From the NCBI GenBank assembly GCA_016782425.1, contig JADHYN010000008.1, positions 1 through 43,652 on the forward strand: a stretch of 43,652 nucleotides of DNA. The letters are read 5' to 3'. Position numbers and translations under genes: made by a program. This DNA is from Candidatus Omnitrophota bacterium. Lineage in GTDB: Bacteria; Omnitrophota; Gorgyraeia; JABMRN01; RBG-13-46-9. The notes under the pieces are model-generated. The model had not been told where the DNA came from and made no database searches. It was given only the letters and a program-made list of their open reading frames with translations. Positions 16,998-25,515 of this stretch are shown piece by piece (the first letter of the stretch is position 1; each line of letters begins with the position of its first letter).

Positions 16998-17777
16998 ATG
17001 AAAAAATTTATTATTATTATAATTCTACTTGCCGTGGGATTAGTGTTATATTTCATGCAGCAGGCGAAAGGGGAATATAAAGGGAAAGAAGGGGTGATAG
17101 GGGAAGATAAAGGGAAAAAAGAGAAAATATGGGAAAATAAGGGGAAAGAGGGGATAATAGGGGAAAATAAAGGTAAAGAAGAAAGTAACATAGTAAATTT
17201 TTACGGCACGATAAAACGCTATTCTGACAGAGGAGGTTTTTACGGCATAGTAGGCGATGACGGAAAAAGCTACAAGCCCATAAACCTTTCCTCCGGCTAT
17301 AAAATTGAGGGCTTGAAAGTGAAGGTAAAGGGAAGAATGGTCAAAAAGGGGCTGCTTTTCAGCCCGCCCTGCAAGTCCATGGAAATAATCGAGATAGAGA
17401 GAGCCAAGCGCGGAGACGTGGCAGGGAACAAGGTTTTTTCGGATCCCGGGCAAACCATTAACATAAGACCGGACGAAACTTTTGTAATTGAACTTGAGGC
17501 AAATCATACTACCGGCTATATCTGGCAACTCGCGACGCCGGTTAATAAAAATATTGTTGAGCCGGTAGATCTTCATTATATAACCAGACAGGATACAGGC
17601 CTTGTTCTCATGGGAGAGGCGGGCAGAGAACGATGGATTTTCAAGGCAGTGGGTCCGGGAGAGGCAGAGATCAAGCTTAAATACGTGCGGCCCTGGGAGA
17701 AGGACAAGCTTCCGGTCAGGGAAGAGACTTTTAGGATAAAAGTAGGTAGAGCACGAAAGGATTCGAGTAATTTGTAA
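16998..17777 (+). CDS. Membrane-anchored protein with OB-like domain and C-terminal chagasin/I42 protease-inhibitor domain
   Basis: N-terminal TM; LEANHTTGYIW and LKYVRPWE are I42 signatures; GGFYGIVGDDGKSYKPINL domain; repeat-derived linker. Confidence 0.8.
   Translation: MKKFIIIIILLAVGLVLYFMQQAKGEYKGKEGVIGEDKGKKEKIWENKGKEGIIGENKGKEESNIVNFYGTIKRYSDRGGFYGIVGDDGKSYKPINLSSGYKIEGLKVKVKGRMVKKGLLFSPPCKSMEIIEIERAKRGDVAGNKVFSDPGQTINIRPDETFVIELEANHTTGYIWQLATPVNKNIVEPVDLHYITRQDTGLVLMGEAGRERWIFKAVGPGEAEIKLKYVRPWEKDKLPVREETFRIKVGRARKDSSNL
17071..17180 (+). repeat. In-frame purine-rich 10-bp tandem repeat (~11 degenerate units, 30-nt higher order)
   Basis: GGGAAAATAA-like units encoding GE.KGKEG.I repeats. 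Confidence 0.85.
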
Positions 17778-17789
17778 TTGGTAATTTGT
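17762..17789 (+). repeat. GTAATTK heptamer junction repeat, copy 1
   Basis: TTCGAGTAATTTGTAATTGGTAATTTGT; supplies the TAA stop at 17775-17777. Confidence 0.9.
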
Positions 17790-17807
17790 GGGAGCGAGCT
17801 GGATAAC

Positions 17808-18251
17808 ATGAAATATACTAAAGGTACGCTTGGGAGGGTGTTCGTGCTTAAATTCGATAACAGAGATATATTTCTCGATGAGCTCAAAAACTTTGCGCGA
17901 AAAGAGCGTGTAAAATCAGCTGTAATGGTTTTTCTCGGGGCGCTTAAAAAAGGTGACATTGTTACGGGCCCTAAAAAAACCAACATACCCCCGAAGCCGA
18001 ACTGGACTTCATTTAAGAACGGGTGGGAAGTGTTTGGGGTAGCTACGATTTTTGCGGGTTCCAAGGGGCCGGAACTTCATGTACACAGCGCCCTCGGGAA
18101 AAAACTTAAAACACTTGCAGGGTGCGTGCGTAAAAATTCCGAAGTTTTTCTTGTGATAGAAGCGGTTGTGTTTGAGCTTAAAGGAGTAAAGGCGTCTAAA
18201 GGCTTTGACCCGCGAACAGGGCTTAACCTTCTTAAGATAATGGGGAAATAA
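17808..18251 (+). CDS. PPC/DUF296 domain protein
   Basis: GRVFVLKF, FLGAL, LHVHSALG, IEAVVFEL. Confidence 0.85.
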   Translation: MKYTKGTLGRVFVLKFDNRDIFLDELKNFARKERVKSAVMVFLGALKKGDIVTGPKKTNIPPKPNWTSFKNGWEVFGVATIFAGSKGPELHVHSALGKKLKTLAGCVRKNSEVFLVIEAVVFELKGVKASKGFDPRTGLNLLKIMGK

Positions 18252-18272
18252 GAGTAGATAAGGAGGAAGAAG

Positions 18273-18698
18273 ATGAAGAAGATAATTTTTGTAATTCTAA
18301 TTTTATTGTTTTCCGTTAACTGTTACGCGGTGACCAAAGAAGCGGCAGACGATATAAAGGCCTACCTTTTTATACAGGGGAAAACCGCAGAGAAGATGAA
18401 CAAACTGTTTGAAGATCTGGGTGAAGAATCCGTATCCGCAAACTTTGCCCTGGATAAGGTTATAAACTGGAAAATTCGGTACGAGGGAGAAACCGAACCT
18501 CCCCCAGGTGAGGTGAAAGAACTGGACCGGCTCATGAACGATTATTTTTCATTGATGCAGGAATACGTAAGCGCGTGTAAAGCCGAGGACGAGAGAGCCA
18601 AGATGCCTCTAAAACGAAAGATAAGAGAGCTTTACCTGGAGATAACAAGAGAAGAGAGGCAACTTAAGATTAAGATAGGGGGAGGTACGGGGGGATGA
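18273..18698 (+). CDS. Secreted helical hypothetical protein
   Basis: Signal peptide MKKIIFVILILLFSVNCYA; RBS AGGAGG. Confidence 0.7.
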   Translation: MKKIIFVILILLFSVNCYAVTKEAADDIKAYLFIQGKTAEKMNKLFEDLGEESVSANFALDKVINWKIRYEGETEPPPGEVKELDRLMNDYFSLMQEYVSACKAEDERAKMPLKRKIRELYLEITREERQLKIKIGGGTGG

Positions 18699-18763
18699 GT
18701 TCCGAAAGGACGAAAGCCTGCCTGCCGGATAGGCAGGGACGAAGGGACGAAAGGACGATAAGG
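18690..18763 (+). repeat. AAAGGACG octamer junction module, copy 1, with a 21-nt palindromic insert
   Basis: GGGGGATGAGTTCCG-(octamer)4-ATAAGG; second unit split by CCTGCCTGCCGGATAGGCAGG (18717-18737). Confidence 0.85.
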
Positions 18764-19687
18764 GGAACGAGGGGGATACTCGCGGCAATTTTTATCACGC
18801 TTTTATTGAGTCACCCTGCCTGCTTGCTCGCCGGTGAAATCACTGAGGGTGAAGTTTTAACCGAAGACAATGTATCAATAGCCTACAGCCACTATAAAAA
18901 CGGTTTTAAAAACGTCGTTATAGTCTGCCCGGGATTTTACAACAGCAAGAAAAACAGATGGATGAAGAAAACGGTAAAGATGCTTTCTTCGGAATACGAC
19001 GTCATAATCTTTGATTTCAGGGGACACGGAGAAAGCAGCGGAAAATTCACATGGGCGGCCCTGGAGGACAGGGACGTAAACGCTATTGTTGATTACGCAA
19101 AGAGAGATGGATATGAAAAAATCGGGATCCTCGGATTTTCTCTGGGAGGAAGCTCCGCTATAAACGCTGCGTCGAAAAGAGAGCGCGACATAACTACAAT
19201 GGTTCTTATAAGCACTCCCACTAGTTTTAAAGCGATAGATTTTCATTTTTGGGAACTAGGCATGTTTGATGACCTATTTGATAATATATCCTGCGGCTGG
19301 GAGGGGAAGGGCGCGAAAACAACGAATAAATTCAAGCCGGAAATAACCCCGATAGAATCAATAAAGAAAATAAAAAGCACCCCAATGCTTTTTATACACG
19401 GTAAAAATGACTGGGTAGTAAAAAGGAAACACTCGGAGGAACTTTTTGCTGCGGCTAACGAGCCGAAAAAGCTCGTGATAATAAAAAAAGACGCTCATGC
19501 CGAAAGGCTCATACAGAAAAGATATGAAGAGATGCGAGAGCTTATACTGGGCTGGTTCGGGGACACTATGAGGGGGGATGGAGTTCCGAAAGGACGAAAA
19601 GACGAAAGGACGAGAGGACGAGAGGACGAAAGGACGAGAGGACGAGAGGACGAAAGGACGAAAGGACGAGAGGACGATAAGGAATAA
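18695..19687 (+). CDS. Alpha/beta-fold hydrolase, exported; both termini repeat-derived
   Basis: FDFRGHGES, GFSLG nucleophile elbow, IHGKNDWVV, DAHAE; start codon uncertain. Confidence 0.88.
   Translation: MSSERTKACLPDRQGRRDERTIRGTRGILAAIFITLLLSHPACLLAGEITEGEVLTEDNVSIAYSHYKNGFKNVVIVCPGFYNSKKNRWMKKTVKMLSSEYDVIIFDFRGHGESSGKFTWAALEDRDVNAIVDYAKRDGYEKIGILGFSLGGSSAINAASKRERDITTMVLISTPTSFKAIDFHFWELGMFDDLFDNISCGWEGKGAKTTNKFKPEITPIESIKKIKSTPMLFIHGKNDWVVKRKHSEELFAAANEPKKLVIIKKDAHAERLIQKRYEEMRELILGWFGDTMRGDGVPKGRKDERTRGREDERTRGREDERTKGREDDKE
19574..19682 (+). repeat. ARAGGACG octamer junction module, copy 2 (11 units, 19589-19676)
   Basis: GGGGGATGGAGTTCCG-(octamer)11-ATAAGG; translated as GREDERTR repeats. 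Confidence 0.92.
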
Positions 19688-19691
19688 GTGG

Positions 19692-19724
19692 TTCGAGTAA
19701 TTTGTAATTGGTAATTTGTAATTT
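19692..19724 (+). repeat. GTAATTK heptamer junction repeat, copy 2
   Basis: First 28 nt identical to 17762-17789; four units. Confidence 0.9.
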
Positions 19725-19744
19725 ATAGGATATAATATTACGAA

Positions 19745-20968
19745 ATGAACAGTTTATTGCGCTTAGGGCTTATTATTTTTATAGGATTTGTGCTCGGGCA
19801 GGAGCTCAAGAGGTTAAAATTCCCCAAGATAGTAGGCTATATTATTGCCGGGGTTATCCTGAACCCGAACATATGCCCTTTTGTTCCGATAGATATCACT
19901 GATCGGACAGACGTTATAGAAAACATGGCCATAGCATTTATTGCGTTTGCCGTTGGTGGAACCATAGTAATCCCGGAAATAAAAAAGCTCGGTAAGGGCA
20001 TACTCTATATTACCCTCTGCGAGGCGGAGATGGCCTTTATTTTTCTCCTGACAGGATTTCTTATAGTTCTTCCTTTCATCATACCGGCGGCGAAAGGCGC
20101 ATGGGCAGCAAGCATTATTCCCTTCAGCCTCATAATCGGGTGCATAGGCTCGCCCACGGACCCGTCAGTAGCGCTTGCGGTTACGCATGAGTATAAAGCC
20201 AAGGGCGAGGTTGCCTCTACCATGCTTACTGTAGCCGCGTTCGACGACGTTTTGGGGATAGTAAACTATAGCGTTGCCATAGTAATTGCAAAAACGCTAA
20301 TCTCGCATGCCTCTTTCAGCATTTACAAGACATTGTTAACGCCCGCTCTTATAATAGCCGGTTCAGTGGCGCTGGGCGCGGGGCTCGGCGTAGTCTTTAA
20401 TTTCATTACAAAAAGGCTTAAGGACATGCACGAGGGATCGCTTTTTGTGCTTATCTTGAGCCTAATCGCTCTTTGCTGGGGCCTGGCAACGTTTACGGGC
20501 GCGGAAGAAATACTATCAATAATGATAATGGCCATAGTCGTTACAAATTTCAATCCGCACGCAAAGCAGATTTTCAGCATGCTTTCAAAGTATTTTGAAG
20601 AGCTCATATTTCTTATATTCTTTGTTCTTAGCGGGATGCATCTTACATTTTCAGGCGCCTGGATCGCTGTCGGGCTTTTGGTGTGTTTTGTCATATTCAG
20701 GATAGCCGGGAAATTTATAGGAACCGCACTTGGCGCGAGCCTTGCGAATGCCTCGCCGAACGTGAAAAAATATACTGCAACGGGCCTCATACCCTTCGGG
20801 GGAATCGTCATTGGCCTTGCGCTTATTACGCAGCAGGACCCTGTATTCAAGGATATATCCGGGTACCTGGTAAACCTGGTGGTCGCCGCGACAATCGTAA
20901 ACGAGATAATAGGGCCATTTTTTGTGAAAAAAGCGCTTAAGGGCTCGGGGGAAATCGTAAAATCATGA
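19745..20968 (+). CDS. Cation:proton antiporter (Na_H_Exchanger family)
   Basis: ~12 TM helices; PKIVGYIIAGVILNP, SPTDPS, AAFDD, RIAGK, NEIIGP. Confidence 0.9.
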   Translation: MNSLLRLGLIIFIGFVLGQELKRLKFPKIVGYIIAGVILNPNICPFVPIDITDRTDVIENMAIAFIAFAVGGTIVIPEIKKLGKGILYITLCEAEMAFIFLLTGFLIVLPFIIPAAKGAWAASIIPFSLIIGCIGSPTDPSVALAVTHEYKAKGEVASTMLTVAAFDDVLGIVNYSVAIVIAKTLISHASFSIYKTLLTPALIIAGSVALGAGLGVVFNFITKRLKDMHEGSLFVLILSLIALCWGLATFTGAEEILSIMIMAIVVTNFNPHAKQIFSMLSKYFEELIFLIFFVLSGMHLTFSGAWIAVGLLVCFVIFRIAGKFIGTALGASLANASPNVKKYTATGLIPFGGIVIGLALITQQDPVFKDISGYLVNLVVAATIVNEIIGPFFVKKALKGSGEIVKS

Positions 20969-21660
20969 AATTAAAGATTATTATTTTAAGCGCAATACTT
21001 TTATTATACGGGCACGCATCTCTTCACGCTGCGCCGTCGAACGGAACAAGAATACCCCCGGCCTGGAAATTCGAGACAGGCTATGAATACAATAATATGT
21101 TCAAAAGTGAGCTCGCTCGCTCTTATGGTAACATAAGGACCCAGGATCATTTTTTTACGCTTTCAATAGGAATATTAGACTGGCTTTCGCTAGACGGTAA
21201 GATAGGCGTGGGAAACTTAACGCAAAAAGGCGGGATACACTTTCCCAAAATTGAATACAACACGAGCTTTGCCGGAGGCTACGGGTTCAGAATCAAGGCC
21301 TTTGAATATGAAAAGCTTGGCTTTCAGCTCACGGTCGGGGCCCAGCACATATGCGTTCACCCGCAGGATAGGCATATCAATGATAATAAATTCGGATCTA
21401 TTTTAGACGACTGGCAAGTATCGGCGCTCGCGTCAAAAGATATAAAGTTCGTAAGGCCGTATGTAGGTATTAAGCTTTCGGACTGCGAGCTCATTTATGA
21501 GATTAACGACCATGATAAAAAACGCCGCTTTGCCCGCAACCACGTGGGCCTTATAACAGGAGCGGAAATTTTTCTTCTCAAGAAGAAACTCAAGGCTACT
21601 ATCGAGGGAAGGTTTTTTGACGAAACGGCTTTGTCGGCCGGAATTTCTTACCTTTTTTAA
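20965..21660 (+). CDS. Putative outer-membrane beta-barrel protein
   Basis: Signal peptide, alternating beta pattern, RPYVG, terminal GISYLF. Confidence 0.7.
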   Translation: MKLKIIILSAILLLYGHASLHAAPSNGTRIPPAWKFETGYEYNNMFKSELARSYGNIRTQDHFFTLSIGILDWLSLDGKIGVGNLTQKGGIHFPKIEYNTSFAGGYGFRIKAFEYEKLGFQLTVGAQHICVHPQDRHINDNKFGSILDDWQVSALASKDIKFVRPYVGIKLSDCELIYEINDHDKKRRFARNHVGLITGAEIFLLKKKLKATIEGRFFDETALSAGISYLF

Positions 21661-21674
21661 AAAGGAGGTGCAGT

Positions 21675-21926
21675 GTGGTTTTAACCGTAATAAATCTGGC
21701 GCTTTGCGTAATCGTAGTGGGGCTCGGGTACCTGGCGCATAAAAAGCACAAGGATATGCTTTCGGCTTTTACCGCGGTCGGATTCGCCCTTTTCGGGATA
21801 TCACACGCTGTGACGCTTATAGGCCTGGGGGGAAAGTTTGTTAACTTCTTAATCATTATAAGGATACTCGCCTATCTTCTCATCGCGTTCGCATTGTTCA
21901 TGACCATCAGCGAAAAAAATAGCTGA
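21675..21926 (+). CDS. Small three-TM membrane protein
   Basis: RBS AAGGAGGT, GTG start, hydrophobic helices. Confidence 0.7.
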   Translation: MVLTVINLALCVIVVGLGYLAHKKHKDMLSAFTAVGFALFGISHAVTLIGLGGKFVNFLIIIRILAYLLIAFALFMTISEKNS

Positions 21927-21946
21927 TTAATATTAAGGAGGGTTTT

Positions 21947-22108
21947 ATGCAGGCCGGAAACGTAGTTAATTCTGTTTTATTGGGCGTAGGCCTTCTTTTA
22001 CTTCTCGCGGCCGCATTTGACATAACGCCGCATATGGACAATGTGCTCGTATTTTTAGGTATAGCGTGCTTTATAATAGCGGGCGTAGCAAGGAGGATCA
22101 TGAAATGA
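21947..22108 (+). CDS. 53-aa two-TM membrane protein (below ORF-track cutoff)
   Basis: RBS AAGGAGG; MQAGNVVNSVLLGVGLLLLLAAAF...FIIAGVARRIMK; ATGA overlap with the next gene. Confidence 0.7.
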   Translation: MQAGNVVNSVLLGVGLLLLLAAAFDITPHMDNVLVFLGIACFIIAGVARRIMK

Positions 22109-22377
22109 GGATTTTTATATTTCTTTTAATCGCGGGATTTCTTTTTTCCGGATTAGCCCGGGCAGAGTCTGGTGACGATAGCGTAACGGGCCTGAAGGAT
22201 GAAAGTGAATTTGTCCACGGAGATGTCTCAATACAAAAAGGTTACGGAGACGGGTATGTTACAGGCGACGACGGCCAGACGCATTCTGTGATGGACGTTG
22301 AAGAAACCGGCAACGGTTCTTACGAGGGCTACGACGCAGAAGGTGATTCTTACGGCCTCGAGTCTGACAAAGATTAA
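22105..22377 (+). CDS. Small secreted acidic protein
   Basis: RBS AAGGAGG; signal peptide ending ARA; D/E/G-rich mature part. Confidence 0.7.
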   Translation: MRIFIFLLIAGFLFSGLARAESGDDSVTGLKDESEFVHGDVSIQKGYGDGYVTGDDGQTHSVMDVEETGNGSYEGYDAEGDSYGLESDKD

Positions 22378-22385
22378 GAAAAAAT

Positions 22386-23504
22386 TTATTTCCTGCCGCA
22401 AGTTCCTGAGACGTGCTGGCCTTCAGCCGAACCATAGCCGCTACTGCCTTGCGACATTTGAGCGGCCACAGCGCCTGCCAATGCGCCCATCATCTGCATA
22501 CTTTGTCTGGATGCCTGCTGTTGTTGCTGCTGCTTTAGCTGGCTTGCCCGATAATCAACCGTAGATGGTATTCTGGTGACAAAAATAGACGGCCGGTATA
22601 TCTGGCCGGGAGGCCGTATACCACCCGGGCTCCTATAGCCGCGATACCAATTTCTTGCGATTCTTTGATTCTGGTATTTAAGGCAGGCATCCATTTTATA
22701 TCCTATACCATAACTCGGATCATTAATAATACGATTTAATTCAGCCTCTGTCATCATGGGGTCTGTCGCTGCGCGCACCCAGTTAGACGGATTTGACCGG
22801 CGTACTCTATTCCGAAGGATATTTACAACAGTAGGGTTTACAGTTTGAAAAGCTGCCGGGTCATAGAAATCAATAACGCCCATGTTGGTAAAAGTTTCTG
22901 CGTAAGGACTTGATTCCGTACCATACTTCTCTTTATATGCTTCGTGTTTTGCCCTGTCCTTCGGGTCAACAGTGTAAATATTTCCTCCGTGAACAGCACC
23001 GTCCAGAACTCCCATAACAGCAACAGGGGACTCAACCGCGTATTCCCAACTACCCGGCGAAACTGAGGAGGCTATTGGCGGTTTTGCGGGAGTTGTGACA
23101 GGTGTTTTATCAGGAAGAGGCTCTATAATTTTTGGCGGGGGATCGCGGACAACGTTAACGTCTACTTCTCCAGGACTCATGCGCGCTCCGCGATTGGGTC
23201 GAGGAACACCGGAGGATGGAGCATCTCTTAGCCCGTGCGGGTCAGGGCTTCCCTTTGCATCGTCTCCCTCTAAAGTGCTTTGTTCGGGAGTCACAGTCTG
23301 ATGATAAGGGGTTTTGGCTTTCATTTCCTCTTTTGTGGTTGGCATCCCAAGAATAGTTCTTATCCTGTCTGTGGTGGTAGCATCCAAAGTTTTGCTCTCG
23401 GTACTGCCGCCGCCACCTCCGGCATCGTCCGCAGCTTTTGAAATTACAATTGCAGTCATGTAAATCACAAAAAATACCACACAAAATATTATTTTTTTCT
23501 TCAT
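22386..23504 (-). CDS. Secreted low-complexity hypothetical protein
   Basis: Signal peptide MKKKIIFCVVFF..SKA; Gly, Pro and Gln tracts; RBS GGAG. Confidence 0.7.
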   Translation of the reverse strand: MKKKIIFCVVFFVIYMTAIVISKAADDAGGGGGSTESKTLDATTTDRIRTILGMPTTKEEMKAKTPYHQTVTPEQSTLEGDDAKGSPDPHGLRDAPSSGVPRPNRGARMSPGEVDVNVVRDPPPKIIEPLPDKTPVTTPAKPPIASSVSPGSWEYAVESPVAVMGVLDGAVHGGNIYTVDPKDRAKHEAYKEKYGTESSPYAETFTNMGVIDFYDPAAFQTVNPTVVNILRNRVRRSNPSNWVRAATDPMMTEAELNRIINDPSYGIGYKMDACLKYQNQRIARNWYRGYRSPGGIRPPGQIYRPSIFVTRIPSTVDYRASQLKQQQQQQASRQSMQMMGALAGAVAAQMSQGSSGYGSAEGQHVSGTCGRK

Positions 23505-23508
23505 TTTG

Positions 23509-24753
23509 TTATTCTCCAATCTTGTTAATGTTCTGCCGTACAGATTGGGCAAGGTTCGCAATATTTGCTAAAAACTCCTCGAGTGATTCATTCATAGGAT
23601 ACCGCTGGGCAGTTTCCAGGTCTTCCATGCAGGCGTTAAGCCGGTCATTTAGCGCTTCTTTATTCTGCCTTATCCATTCAGGGTCTTTATCCATGTGCTC
23701 CAGAACGTAGTTAAGGTAAAGATAAGATCTGAAAAGATAACTGATCCCGACAGCGTTTTTACTTTCATTTGTGTCAAGTTTTTTTAGAAGCGCGAGGCGT
23801 TTATTCACGAATTCCGGAACAGCTTCATATTTGCCCGTATTTATCATTGTATTTAATACATCAAGATCGACTACGCATTGCGTTTCGATTTTCATATTTT
23901 TCAGGTAGTTACGCCCTTCATAGTCTACCCGTAGGATATATTTTTTAACTACTTTCAACAATTTGTCATCGAGAGCAACATAACTTTTTAATAGTTCCTG
24001 CTGCCGGGGAGTAGTAAGATAATCCTTGGCGCGCGCATAATAATTGGCAGCATATGAAAGTGGATGGTACGCTCGCCTGAACCACTCCATTACAGTATAA
24101 TTGGAATCGTTTGACTTGATCTTTTGCGCGTATTGTTTTCCTATTATGAAGTAGCTCAACCCTTTAGCCATGTATAAAAAACCGGTTGTTTGCTTTTCGC
24201 CCGGATTCAACGATAGAGCGGTATCGAAAAGGACAACGGTAAGCTGCAGGTTTTCTCTGGCTGCATCAAGATCATTTTTATTATAAAGCGCTATACCCTT
24301 ATCAAAGTATTCTATGCCTCTCTGAAAAAACACAGCACTTTCTGATATGGTAGATTGTTCATTTTGCTGCTCAAGAGTTTCTGCCATTGTTTTAAGGCGG
24401 TAATAGGCCAGGCTTCCGACCTCTCCGGAGGGATCAAGAGTAATAGTTTGCGCGTAATTATCAGAGGCTTCATTGTATTCCCCGAGTTTTTCATATATCC
24501 TACCGCGGTTTTGATAAAGTATGGCGCTGTCAGGGAATCGTTCGAGTGCCCTGTCAATCTCTGTCAACGCGCCCTCGTAATCACCCTCACCGGCCAATTT
24601 GAGAGCAAGTTCGTTAAAATGCGGAGCCGGTCTATCTACGTCGGTATAACCTCGCCAGAACTCGTTTGCAAAATCCGTAAGAGGTAGCCAGAAAATAAAA
24701 AGTAACCCGATAATGATTACGATAGGAATTGCTATATATGCCACCTTTTTCAT
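23509..24753 (-). CDS. Membrane-anchored tetratricopeptide repeat protein
   Basis: N-terminal TM; YQNRGRIYEKLGEYNEASDNYAQTITLDP. Confidence 0.85.
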   Translation of the reverse strand: MKKVAYIAIPIVIIIGLLFIFWLPLTDFANEFWRGYTDVDRPAPHFNELALKLAGEGDYEGALTEIDRALERFPDSAILYQNRGRIYEKLGEYNEASDNYAQTITLDPSGEVGSLAYYRLKTMAETLEQQNEQSTISESAVFFQRGIEYFDKGIALYNKNDLDAARENLQLTVVLFDTALSLNPGEKQTTGFLYMAKGLSYFIIGKQYAQKIKSNDSNYTVMEWFRRAYHPLSYAANYYARAKDYLTTPRQQELLKSYVALDDKLLKVVKKYILRVDYEGRNYLKNMKIETQCVVDLDVLNTMINTGKYEAVPEFVNKRLALLKKLDTNESKNAVGISYLFRSYLYLNYVLEHMDKDPEWIRQNKEALNDRLNACMEDLETAQRYPMNESLEEFLANIANLAQSVRQNINKIGE

Positions 24754-24754
24754 G

Positions 24755-25396
24755 TTACCTCTCGCTTCCCAATGTCTTAAGATTCTCGCGTGCCATTTTC
24801 CCTATTTTGCTTTCGGGATCAAGCTCACAGGTTTTTTTCCAATCCTTCTCTGCCATATCGTCATTACCTATCTTATAATAAGTAATACCGCGGTAAAAAT
24901 ACGCGTCTGCAAAACGCGGATTTATTTTAATAGCGCTTGTCAGGTCCTTAATTGCTTCATCAAATTTACCGAAATAATAATAGGCCTTAGCTCTGAAATA
25001 ATAATCTTCAGCCGTTGATTTTGCGTTAGGGGCTTCATTTATGTTTTTTGTTGCTGCATCTATGACTTGTGTATATTTTTCATCAAGGTCTGCTATTTGA
25101 GCGCTAATTTTAGTTTCAGCTTCTTTTGAAGTAGGCCCTTTTTCTAAGCGTCTTATGCGTTCCTGGGTTTCTTTCATGGATTTTTTAGCGTACTCGCTTG
25201 CAACGCGCGTCTCTCTTAGATTTTTTAAAATCCACAAAAAACCCAGAATAAACAAAATTGCCACGATCACAACCCCAATTCGTACTGATTCTTTCCTGTT
25301 TTTTATAAATACAATCGTCAGGATAACCGGAACCGAAACCAGTATCAAATATCGCGAAAATATCCCAAACATATAGCTAAAAGAGTGACTTTCCAT
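24755..25396 (-). CDS. Two-TM tetratricopeptide repeat protein
   Basis: YYFRAKAYYYFGKFDEAIKDLTSAIKINP, AYFYRGITYY. Confidence 0.88.
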   Translation of the reverse strand: MESHSFSYMFGIFSRYLILVSVPVILTIVFIKNRKESVRIGVVIVAILFILGFLWILKNLRETRVASEYAKKSMKETQERIRRLEKGPTSKEAETKISAQIADLDEKYTQVIDAATKNINEAPNAKSTAEDYYFRAKAYYYFGKFDEAIKDLTSAIKINPRFADAYFYRGITYYKIGNDDMAEKDWKKTCELDPESKIGKMARENLKTLGSER

Positions 25397-25515
25397 GCGA
25401 AATCTCCTTTCTGTGTGTCAAAAACAAGTTTAGCATAATTACGGATTATGGCAAGGGCAGGGCGCATATTTTTGCTTGCAAGGGCTTTATAAGAGGAAGT
25501 ATAATCTATAGCAAT

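Noticed and set aside
16901-17191. Minus-strand 96-aa ORF rich in S/P/F/L
   Set aside because: Antisense shadow of the purine-rich repeat inside the 16998-17777 gene
19589-19676. Possible CRISPR array
   Set aside because: Contiguous 8-nt units with no unique spacers and no cas genes; a short tandem repeat
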